This document shows, piece after piece, positions 39,001 through 50,818 of a stretch of DNA of 64,000 bases (position 1 is its first letter; the number at the start of each line of letters is the position of its first letter). The translations under genes and the position numbers were made by a program. The notes under the pieces are model-generated. The model ran no database searches and was not told the origin of the DNA. It saw nothing but the letters and a program-made list of their open reading frames with translations. This DNA comes from Microthyrium microscopicum (taxonomy: Eukaryota): positions 2,619,860 through 2,683,859 of the forward strand of contig MU004231.1 in NCBI GenBank assembly GCA_010405405.1, in the 5' to 3' direction.

Positions 39001-41816
39001 TTTTAGAGTAAATAAGGATATTATTAAGGTAAATAATATATATTATGTCTATTAAGCCTCTTAATACTTAATTAATATATACTTAGAAAACTATAAGAGT
39101 ATTTATAAGTCTAAATAGGACTACTATATACTTAAATATTCTATATTTAGTCTTAAATATAGTCTTCTACTTATTATTATCTTTAATACGTAAATAGTAG
39201 TAAGCTTTATATAAGTTAAGGCTAGTAAAGAACTTAGCACTTTAAAATTTATTTAAAGACTTTTTAATAAGAGATAATATATACTAATTCTTAATAATAA
39301 TATTGTTTAGGCCTTAGTAGTCTATATAAAGTTATAATATTTTATCTTTCTTCTTTATAAAGAGAATAGAAGCTTTAGTAAGGAATCTTAACTTCTAAAT
39401 CTAACTTTTTATAAAGTAAGTATCTAAGTACTTACGTAGAATAACTAACTTAGCTTTTAAGAGGCTATAAATAAATCTATATAGTACTATAGCGCTTAGC
39501 TTTAAGTTAATCTTAAGGTTTTATAGACTATATTAAGCTAGTTTAAGTATATCTTATTTACTAAAAGCTTTAGTAAATTATAAATACTTACTTAAGAGCT
39601 CTTTTATAAATAAATTTAGGTTTAGTAACTTAATTAGATAATTAAATAGTTAAAATAAACTATTCTAAGTTAACTTAGAAAACTTATTAGTATTTATAGT
39701 CTCTATCTTATTATAGAAGCTACTAAAAGGTTACTTTTATATAAGGATCTTATTCTTAAAGTCTAAAAGAGGATTCTACTTCTTTAACTAGAGTATTCTT
39801 ATAATAATAAAGTAATATAGAGAGTTTATAATATAAAATAACTTTATTCTAGTCTTAGAGAGGCTATTTAAGTTAACTACTATTACTATAGCTTTTATAA
39901 CTTTATAAATATATATAGGAGTACTATCTAGATATATTATAAGTATCTTAAAAAGAAAAATAATATAGAGCTAAAGTCTTTTAGCTAGCTTAATATCTAT
40001 AATATTAAAGTATAACTTATAATTAACTATAATATCTAAGAATAAGGCCTTTTAGCTTTTATTATTTCTTAGACTTCCTTATAAGTATATTTACTTTAAC
40101 TTTAGTCTTATAAAGTCTACCTTACTAAGTAAGTTATTATTCTTAGTTCTTAATATCTTTAGAATATATATAATAATAGTTTTATAAAGCTATTTAGCGC
40201 TAGGCTAGGCTATTTTATTAATAAAAGAGGCTACTAAGTCTTAGTTTATAACTTTATAGCCTTATTTTTTCTTTATAGCTTAGAGTATTCTATTTTAAAG
40301 TAGAGTTTACTATATTTAAAGTATTTAACCTTTTTTAGGTTAGACTCTAGTAAAATATCTATATTTTAAGTTATTTTAAATATAGCTTATTCTACTTTAC
40401 TATTCTTTAAAGAATAAAAGAACTTTCTAGGTATTCTTAGCTTTTTTAAGCCTTTCTTATGCTTATACTTATTTCTTAAAGAGTATAAGTATTATTTTAG
40501 AAAAAGTTATTCTAGGTTTATTTTTTTAAAGATAGAATAAGCCTTAGCCTCTATAGAACTAAGAATCTAGTATAAGTTAGCCTTTTTAAGAGCTTCTTTA
40601 ACTATAGTAGTAGTAAACTTCTTATTAAAAAGAATCTTTTTTTATATATTCTTAGAGAGGTCCTTATAGAACTAAAAAAGGTAACCCTTCTAGTTATTAT
40701 ACCTTTATTTTTTCTATAACTTAAGAAGGTTATTATAGAGCTCTTAAGAATAGTATTAACCTAATTTAATTATTTAAGACTTCTTAAAAGTAATATATTC
40801 TTATTTTATAAAGTAGCCTAAATAGCCTAACGCATAGTCTTAGACTATTTATTATATTTTTTAGAATTCTAGGTCCTAAGACTTCTTATAGAGAATAAGA
40901 TTATTTAATTTTATTTATAATAGCCCTTTCTTAAGCTAATTACGTCTATAAATATACTAGTAAAGTTATTAGTTATAAGTACTTTCTTAATAAAAAGATT
41001 TAATAAACTTTTATTTAACGTTATTAACTTAGAATATATATTCCTAAAGACTCTTCCTTTTATAAAGCTCTATCTTAGGCTTATCTTAGTTTAAAGGTCC
41101 TAAAAGGATAAGAGCTTAGCTTAAAAGATACTAATTAAGTCTTATTGTATTAACTTAGCTAAAGTTCTTTAATTCTTAGGTAGTTTTAAGTTTACTAAAC
41201 TAAATTATTCTAGCTTTTATTATTAGCTTTTATACCTTAAGCTTTAGCTTCTTTTTATTAATAAGTATATTAAGTTTTTCTTTATAATACGTTATAAAGT
41301 TATTTTAAGTCTTTCTAAGCCTAAGTAAATTAGGGTTAGCTAGTTTAATATTAGATAAGTCTAATAGACCTCTAAATATATTAGTTTAGAGTATAATAGA
41401 TACTAGTAACTCTTAGCCTAATAGTTAAGGCTACCTAAGTCTTATCTAAGTGCTAAGGTCTAAATATTTACTATTAAATATAGTTTCTAATTAGATAAAA
41501 GATAAAAATAATTTCTTTAGGTACTTAAGGATTAAGAAGTAATTACTATATTAGAAATAGGTTATTCTAAGTAGGTAAAGACTATAATTATTATAGTTTA
41601 AGTAGATATATAAAAATAAGAATAAGAGTAATTACTAAAGAGTTACTTAAACTCTTATAATTTCTTTTCTTTATTACTTAGAGCTATAAGGACTCTACTA
41701 AGCTATCTATATTTATAATAGGTTATTATTAGTTAACCTAACTAATAACGCTTTATCCTATATAGATGTATTCTATTAGTAGTTGTCTTAAACTAGAGGT
41801 TTCCTAGTTCCTAATA
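33039..41816 (-). mobile_element. Ty3/Gypsy chromovirus family A, copy A1, full length 8778 bp, RIP-inactivated
   Basis: 268-bp LTRs at 33039-33306 and 41549-41816 (TGTTAG...CCTAACA RIP'd) with 5-bp TSD ATTCT on both sides. Minus-strand remnants: gag knuckle (~40300), RT KTIFKTKYRIFKY...YLNNILIYSK (~39000-39170), integrase LAKFNYNNS...VTSF (~37160-37230), chromodomain YLIK*KDY...T*EP (~36605-36665). Confidence 0.93.
34562..35907 (+). pseudogene. RIP-decayed intron-containing accessory gene inside chromovirus A1, antisense to gag-pol
   Basis: Long codon-like + strand frames in the 3.2-kb spacer between the chromodomain and the 3' LTR. 52-bp intron gtaagt...ttaac...tatag at 35604-35655 and a branch/acceptor ending at 35308. 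C-terminal KKRK. Boundaries are approximate. Confidence 0.55.
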
Positions 41817-43499
41817 ATTCTTATAATAGTTCTTAGTAAGTAATTATATTCTCTAAAATTTATTAGTTATTAAAGCTAAAAGATTTACCTAAAGTAAGTT
41901 ATTTAAATTTTACTAATTAGAAAAGTAGAAATATATTCTAATCTCTAATATATAGTTTATATTATAAATTAGTTCTTAGTAATTATTATATTAGTCTACT
42001 TTATAGTAGCTAGAGGTAATATAAGTTAAAAATAATTTAGACGTATTTAGACGCCTAGTATAACTTAGGTTAGTAGTCTACTTAGGAGTAAAAAACTATT
42101 TCTACTTAGTAGTTAATTAACTATAAGATAGTTATAAGTAAGGCTTACTAGTAAAGGATTAAAATAAAGTTATAATATATATTATAATAGAAGATAGAGA
42201 GATTAGAAATAATAATAAAAGGTTTTAAGACTTAAGGTAGGTATAAATAAAGTTAGCTAGTTATAAAATATTAATTAATTATTATAGTAATGTTAAAATA
42301 ATCTTTACTAAAATTTTGCTTAATTTATATATAAATAAACTACTTTATAGTAATAAAGTTACATTATAGCTTTATAAAGTCTTATTATGCTACTTTTAAT
42401 AAATATTACTACTTATAACTTAATAATAATATCTTTTTTATTAGTTAACCTAAGAGATTTAATATCTTTATAGAAATAACGTTACTAAGAAGCTAATAAA
42501 GCTAATAACTCTTATTTTATATATAAATAACTAGAAAAAAGCTAGTAAATATAAGTTTTATATATATTTATAGAGAAGCTATTAGTTTATATTTATCTAA
42601 ATATTTAGTATATATAATAATTATTTAGTTTTATTAGAAGTATTTAAAAAAAACTTAGCCTAGATTTATTAGACTAGCTATTGCTACTATAATTACTAAA
42701 AAAAAAAATATTATAAATAGGATTTAGTAAAGAAACTAAGTTATAATAAGGTTTAAAGGCCTATAAGATTAAGGTATAGTTAAGGAGTAGTTATTAACTT
42801 ATTAATAGGAGGATTAAGTAATAAGGCTAAAAGTAGAATAGCGTAGCTATTAATTTACCTAAAAAATATAATTAAAGAATTCTAACTTTATCCTATTTTT
42901 AGTATTATTTAATCCTTATCTTTTAAGAATTTTTAGACTTTACGTAGCTACTAATTTAAGCTAAAAAAGATATCTTATAATACTAAGTAATAAGACATTA
43001 TAATTATTCTTAGTAAATGAGTATAAATAATAGTATAAAAGTATTAAAACTATATTTTACTAATCTTACCTCTATATATATATTATTATTTATTAATAAG
43101 TTAAATTTAATAAGGACTAAAATAATTACTAGGAATATTAGACTAAAAAATACCTTAATATATTAAATCGTTAACTAACTTATTATTCCTAATAATAGGT
43201 TATTTACCTTCCTTAGTATATTAGATAAGTTTATCTTTAGTTATTTAGGATATATATACTAAATTCTAAGGATTATTTTTTATAGTAGATTAAAGGATAT
43301 AACCTATAAATTAATATCTTAATACCTAGAAGATTATAAGTATTAATAGTAATATACTTTATTATAATTAGAATTTATATATTACTATTATAATATAGTA
43401 TTATCTACTTTATATATACTTCCTACGTCTATATCCTATTTAGGTAAATCTAAGTATAATTATCTTTAAATAGCTATAACTCTTATACTAAGTTTAAAA

Positions 43500-45371
43500 T
43501 AGTACTTCTAGAAAATAACTAATATATAGGATATTTAAGGAGTTATAGCTAAAGCTAATTAATAAGAGGCTACCTTCTATTAAGAATATATTATAGCCTA
43601 ATCGTAAGATAATATAACTAGTTAAAAAGAGCATAAAACTACGTAAGAAGAAGAATCTAAAAAAAAAAAGGAAGGTAAGATTAGATATAGGTATATTTAG
43701 ACTAAAGATAAAGAAGGCAAGATTAAATATAGGTATATCTAGACTAAAGAAAAAGAAGGTAAAATTAAATATAGGTATATCTAGATTATATAAAAGATAA
43801 ATTAGAAAGTATATAGAATAATATATAACTATTACTAACTTTATTTAATATTAGAACTAGATATAATATTAAAGAAGCTACTCTACTTAAGGAACTAAAC
43901 TATACTAAAGAGAATATAACTTATCTCTCTTAGCTTAATCTTAAAATTAAGTATAAGTTCTAATAAAAGTTTAAACTATTAAAGAGTAAATAATAATATT
44001 AGCTAATACTAAAAGAGATAAAGATCTTAACTATATATATATTTCTTAAAGACCTTTATAATTCTAATATACTCTCTACTAAATACTATTTAACTTACTA
44101 TTAATAAACTACTCTAAAAAAATTAGTACTTACTAACTAAAATACTCTTAAGAGTTAATTTTAGTAGAATATACCTATTATTTAATAACTTTTTAAATAT
44201 TAAAAGTACTTTTTATAATTTAGTAATAAATAAGTCTATATTTATATAATATATAATAAAAAACTTAGTAATAGAAAAATCCCTTTTATATATTCTATAA
44301 GTAATTTATTTATTAAATATAAGTATCTATACCTAAATAAACTATATAACTTAACTCTAGTAGAGGAATAATTAATCTTCTTAAACTATCTATATAGACT
44401 TATTACTTATTAGGTATATAATAAGAAGGATAATACTATAAAGAGAGCTTACTATAAGCTTAAAGGCTAAATTACTATTATCTTAGCTTAGGATCTTGCT
44501 AGTTTAATAATATCTATCTTACTATATAATTTTATTAAACTATAAGAATTAATTTATATATCTTTCTTAAGACTAAATAAACTATAGCTAACTTAACTTA
44601 CTAAACTTGTCTAAGTATAGCCTTAAAAAATACTTATAGCCTTATATTAGCTAAAAGCTAATAATTATTTATATACTAATATTAAAATTAATAAATCTAA
44701 AGTTTCTAAAATGCTTTTAGTACTTAATTTAAATATACTTCTTATCCTTTATAATAATATATTAAATTTAGAACTAACTACGAAAGAGCTTATAAATAAA
44801 GCTATAATTAGCCTTATAAATATAGATAATTTAAGAACTATAGAAGAAGAAATAGAGCATAAAAGGAAAATTATTAATAATCTTTTTTAATTTTACTTAT
44901 TAATTAATACTAACTTTAATAAAGAAGATAATAAGAATCTAAGAATTACGTAATAGCGTTTTAAGACTATTTAACTCTTATAAGATATAAAGGAGTTTTA
45001 AGATAATAAGGATAAGGATAAATTATTACTAATAATATTAAATGTATTTATAGATCTTAATAGAATAGATAAAGAATACTAGCTATTATTATCTCTAGAG
45101 TTTCTATAAAATTTTATTACTAGTAAAGATACTAAAACGCTATTTATTAAGTAAGTATAGCTAATAAATAGTAGCTTTACTAACTTAAAAGACCTAAGTT
45201 ATTACCTAAAAATCTTTTTAATACTATTTTCTTTTAGTCTTAAAAAACCTTATAGATTAAAAAAGTTACCTAGTATTTATATTTATATAATTTATTAGAG
45301 TAAGGTATATAATTACCTTAGTTTAGATACTTTTAAGCTTATAAATCTAGAAGTATATATAAAATATAATA
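43500..45371 (+). mobile_element. Helitron Rep/helicase gene remnant, 5' part (DUF6570 region)
   Basis: LVEE*LIFLN...KLKG*ITII...ALY*LKANNYLYTNIKIN (44355-44700) resembles DUF6570 (..ALxWLKxNNxLYxDIxI). FTNLKDLSYYLK...LFSFSLKKP (~45175-45250) reads as RIP'd ...TLFPFGxGGP. Confidence 0.78.
43671..43787 (+). repeat. 42-bp tandem repeat (~2.8 copies) in the Helitron ORF region
   Basis: Units gaaggyaagattaratataggtatatytagactaaagawaaa start at 43671, 43713 and 43755. Confidence 0.85.
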
Positions 45372-47334
45372 TACTACATTGGCAAAAGTTTGGGTTAGCT
45401 GTAAAACAAGAGATATCCTGGCAGGACGAGCAGATCCTAGTAGGATAAGTAGTTCTAAAAGATATCTTATTATAGTTCTAAAACTATATTTATTATTATT
45501 TAACTTCCTAGTTGGGTTTAGCTTATATTTTATATACCGTTTTGTAGCCCTAGATTAGGGCTACATTATTATGTAATCTATATTACCCTAGCCCTAATAG
45601 CTATCAAGATGTAGCAATTATCATTTTGCCTAAAATGACTTTTATAATAACTTCCTAATTAGGCTAGCTATAGTAATAAAACTAGAACCATTAGATAGAG
45701 CTTATTAAGACGAGTATTATTATATATAGGTTATAGATTATTAAAGCCCTATTGCCGTTTGTAGCCTAGATATAAAAAGTGTGGCTTAATAACCTAAAGT
45801 TTAAGTAGCGTTATTAGAAACGAGTCGTTCTAAGTAGGTAAAGACTATAATTATTATAGTTTAAGTAGATACGTAAAAATAGAGATAAGAGTAATTACTA
45901 GGGAGTTACTTAGACCCTTATAATTCTTCTTCTTTATTACTTAGAGTTATAAAGACTCTATTAAGCTATCTATATTTATAATAAGTTATTATTAGTTAAC
46001 TTAACTAATAATACTTTATTCTACGTAAATATATCCTATTAGTAGTTATCTTAAACTAGAGGTTTCCTAGTTCTTAATATTATTCTTCTTCTTAAGGCTA
46101 TTTATTCTAAAAAGTATATTTAAAGATTCTAATAAATATTTCTTATACTTATATATAACTTTTAACTATACTTTATTATACTAAGACTTAAAAGAGGATA
46201 AAACTTAACTAAATATATAAAATTAGGTTATCTATATCTTAAGGAGTCTTTTATAGTTTAGTAATATTCTTATTCTCTAGCTTTAGTATATTACTTATTT
46301 AAGATAGATAGCTTTCTATTTTTTACTTACTCTAAATAGATAGCTTTTTATTTTCTATTAGTCTTAGGTTATAATTAACTATATTAACTTAAACTTAAAG
46401 AAGTCTAGTTATTAAGGCCTAATATATTAGTAGGATATCTAATAAGTAGTTACTAGCTTTATTAGGGTCTTAATTAGTTAATACTAGCTTTATAAGAGCT
46501 AAATTAACTTATTTATAAATATAGTATAGTACTACTATTTATATTTAATTAGATTTTATTAAAATACTACTAAATAGTTATCTTATATATAGTATAAGTT
46601 ATCTAGTTATTAAAATATATATAGCTTAACTTAATTAGTTATACTATATTAGATATACTAAATTTATATTAATTTAGTATAATTAGCTTTATAGTAGGTT
46701 AAGTAGCTATAACTTATATATAAAACTACTTTATAAGCCTTATATAGCTCTAGACTAGAGGTATATTTTAACTTTATTTTATATTAAAAAGAGTTCTTAA
46801 AGGAGTATTCCTTATATATATATCTTAATGCTTCTTATGTCTAATTAAGAGTTATTTTATATTATTTATAGTAAGGTATTTAAATTTTTACTTAAAAGTT
46901 TAGAGACTTTAAGGCTAGAATTATACTTTCTTATTTAGGAAGTTATAATTTCTCTAAGTACTTACTATATTACGTATAACTTCCTTTTACTATAGAAAGC
47001 TCTTATAGGTCTTTACTAAGTACTATTATATTAATACTTAGCTATTTTAGGAAAGTAGAGAGATTTAGGTATAAAATAACCTTTTTTACTTTAAATTTTC
47101 TATTTCTTATTTTTTATACTCTAAATTTTAAAGTAAGTAGAAATTCTATAGTTTTATAAATATACGTAAAGATTACTATTATTAACTTATTTTATATTAT
47201 AAGTTCCTTTTTAGTAACTATAAATTTTCTCTTTTTAGTTATTAAACTACTTAGTATCTTCTTAAGTTCTCTTAATCTATTTTAATATACTTTATATCTT
47301 TCTAACCTTTAATAACTTATCTTAACTAATCTAT

Positions 47335-48680
47335 ATACTTTTAAACCTATCTTTATTTAAAGTAAGTATTAATATAAATAAGTTACTTAAAGATTCTATT
47401 AAAGGCTCTTAGGTCCTTACTAAAGGTAACTTTAACTTTAGTAAGATTATAGTAACTATTCTTACTAGTAATAATATTATTATATTCTATAATAACTAAA
47501 TCTTAACTACTAATATTATAGATTTTACTAAAGTAGTTTTTAAGAATAAGATAGAGTAAGAATACGCTAATAAAAATATTATAGTCTTACTTAGCTTATT
47601 ATAGTATTACTTAACCTTAAATCCTTATTAGTATTATATAGAGGTCTATGCTACGTATTTCTTTTCTCTTTTAACTACTAAACTTTACCTTATTTCTAAC
47701 TTAGAGTATTATTATACTTAGTAAGTTAGTTTAGGTAAGTACTTTATTAAATACTTTAATATAAAGTTAACTAAGAATTATTTAGAAGTAATATCCTATT
47801 CTAGCTTATTTTATATTATTTTATATTAATATAGATAAGTTATTTTTTATTAGGACCTTTATAATAAGGCTAAGCTTATCTTAATTTACGTTATAATTAA
47901 TAAAGTTATTTATATTTTTAAGAATAATTCTTAGGATAAATTATCTTATAAGGATAAGTATATACTTTATAGTAGTATTTAATATACTTATAAGTATATA
48001 GTAACTCTTTATAAGTTATAAGTACTTATTTTAACTAATTCTAGTCTAGTTTTATATATTTAAATACTAATTAGTTTATAGTCGTATATCTAAGTAGCTA
48101 GTAGCTAATTTCTTCTTATTATATTCTAGTATTATTAAGGGTAGCTTCTATATAACTTATACGTTTATTAACTATTATATAGGTACTAAAGCTACCTAAA
48201 AGCTAGTAGATAATAGCCTTTTAGAATTAAAAAAGCGTATTATAGCTTATTTAGCTCTCTTAGCTACTAATATCTAATTTTATTCTTTTAAGCGCTTTAA
48301 GTACTATAATATACTATATTCTTAGCGTTAAGACTTCTATTATATTATTAGTCTTTAAAAACCTAACTTATTTTAAGTAAGTCTTTTTATATTTATACTA
48401 GGTTACTTTATATTTAACTATTCTATAGTAACTTACTAATACTAAGAATAATCTAGCTAATATTCTTTTAAACTCTTAAGTACTTCTTAAGTATTATAAG
48501 GCCTATCTTAGCGCTTTTAAGTACTAAGAAATTAAGGCCTATATTAAAAAGGCTATTAAGGCTTTCTATAAAGATAGTTATACTAATAAGAACTATTCTA
48601 AGATTAAGGCTATAGGTCTTATTATAAAGAAGCGTAAAATAGGCTAGGTAGCTTCTTCTTAGGTTAAAATAGGGTTAGAT
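47335..48680 (+). pseudogene. Second copy of the antisense intron-containing accessory gene (in A2)
   Basis: Same sequence as 34562-35907 at offset 12773. Intron 48377-48428 joins the best frames in phase 0: ...KPNLF*|*LTNTKNNLAN...AYIKKAIKAF...IIKKRK. Confidence 0.55.
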
Positions 48681-49882
48681 AAGTTATTTTAAGTCTTTTA
48701 GAATTTAGTATTATTTATACTTAGCCTTAATTAGCTAAGTAAGGCTATTTCTTATTATATTAAGTTATTTTACGTCTCTTAAAGATAGGTTAGTTAATAG
48801 ATATTCTTCTAGGACTTCTTAAGAATAGATTTATTAGTAAATACTCTTATAAAACTATTATATAGTTAATTTAACTCTTAGTTAGAAATTACTTATTCTT
48901 TTATATATTTTCTAATATATATTTTAACCTTATTTTACGTTAAAAAGGATTCTTAAAGAAGTACTTCTTCTATATATATAGAAACTTATTTTATATATTA
49001 TTCTAAGTTATTTTATATATTTATAACTTAGTAGTTTTTCTATATACTTATTATCTAGTACTATTTTTAAGTTACTTTAAGTTAATTTATTATAATATAT
49101 ATATAAAAGAGTTAATTTAGATTCTAATTAGTAAGAAAACTATAAAGTAACTATTCTTCTTCTTTAAAAGCTTATTTTAAGTCTTTTAGGTCTTTTTTAG
49201 CCTTCTTAGCTATCTTTTTAGTCTTATAGGGTTAAGATCTATTAACTTATTTATAATATTATTTAGATACGTTATTTTATATTTAATTACTTTTCTAATT
49301 ATATTTATTACTAGTATAATACTCTTCTTAGCTAACTTTACGTAATAGCGCTTTAAAGTAGTTAAAGAAAGGTTAGCTATAAGCTTTTAAGTTAATTCTA
49401 ACTCTAGGTAATTTTTCTATTTTATAAGGTAGTAATATTTATTCCTTTTATTTATTATATACTTTATTACCTTCTCTATATTATATATATCTAGGTTTTT
49501 TAGGTTTAAAGAATCCTATAGTAATATAGACTTTTATAGAAAGTAGAAGTTTAGCTTATATAGCTCTAATAGAGAGATATAAAATATATTATAAACTTAT
49601 ATATTCTTTAGGAGATTAAGCTAGTAAGTATTAATATTTATAACCTCTATAATCTTAAAAAGACTTATATACTTAATATTAAGCTTCTTCTTAACGTAAA
49701 TAGTCTAAATATTCTTTATATTAAGTAGGACTTAGTTACTAACGTTTAAATAAATATTTTTCTTTTCTTTATTATACTAGTTAGCCTAGTATAGCTATAT
49801 TTTAGCTAATTTATTTCTTATTACGTATTATAGGGATAGAATATAGTTTACTATCTCTTTAGCGTTAGGTATAATACTTTTT

Positions 49883-50755
49883 CATCGTGAAAAAATTATT
49901 ATTGATTTGAGTTATCTGATAGCACTAATAATAGCTATAACTATTATACGTAGTGGGTCATCTGAGGAGTTAGAAATAACTTTAAAATAACTGCGATAAC
50001 CTACGATAACCTAAAGATTAATAAATTAGATAAAAGGATTTTACTAAAGTTCTTAAGTCAAATAACTAATTAACTAATCTAGCTATGCGCCTAAAGATCT
50101 TGCTATAGGCTAAAATATAGGGTTTAGTACCTTTGGTTTAATCTAGAAATAAAAAGGTTAAAAAACCATAGAGTTAGCAAGGATTCTAGAAATAAATAAA
50201 AAAAGGAACATCAAAGTCTAAAAAACGTTTTTAGGCTGCAACTAGTAACGGCTTGATAATAAATTCTAATTTAAATTATAACTTACTTATCTAAATGAGG
50301 GCTATCTAATGGTATACTTTTTATAATTATAGCAATTATATTTAAAAAGTTATTAATAGAAATTGAAGAATAAAAAATGTATTTATCTTTGAACAATTAT
50401 AACTTAATCAACTTTTGAGATATAAAAATAATAAAAACATATCTAGATAGAGCTCAATGAGCTCTAAATAGTAATATAAAAATTATACCTTAAAGTTGCC
50501 TATTCGGGTTACGATGTCTCCGATAACCACGATGGATTTTAAATAACTACGATGGATTTTAAATAACTATAATAGATTTTCGATGTATTTAAAATAACTA
50601 CGATAAGTTTAAAATAACTAGAATAACTAGAATTATTTAGTACTTTATTCGATGCATATCCGATGCGCATCTAATGTCTTTAAAATAACTAAAATAACTG
50701 TTTTACCGTTGGATACGTAGTCCAATTTGCGATGCATGATAATTTTTTCACGATG
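49883..50755. mobile_element. 873-bp non-autonomous DNA element with CATCGTG termini and 2-bp TSD (TT)
   Basis: Perfect 17-bp TIR catcgtgaaaaaattat. The empty site in A1 (atactttttaatagcg, 37101-37116) shows only TT duplicated. Many aaataact motifs, including a 20-bp tandem at 50531-50570. Confidence 0.88.
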
Positions 50756-50818
50756 TTAATAGCGTTTTAGCTAATTTAGGGATATAGAGGTTCCTTCTAG
50801 TATATATAATAAAAGAAG

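Noticed and set aside
50531..50635. Short spaced repeats resembling a CRISPR or iteron array
   Set aside because: Eukaryotic context, no unique spacers of regular length; they are internal repeats of the TIR element.
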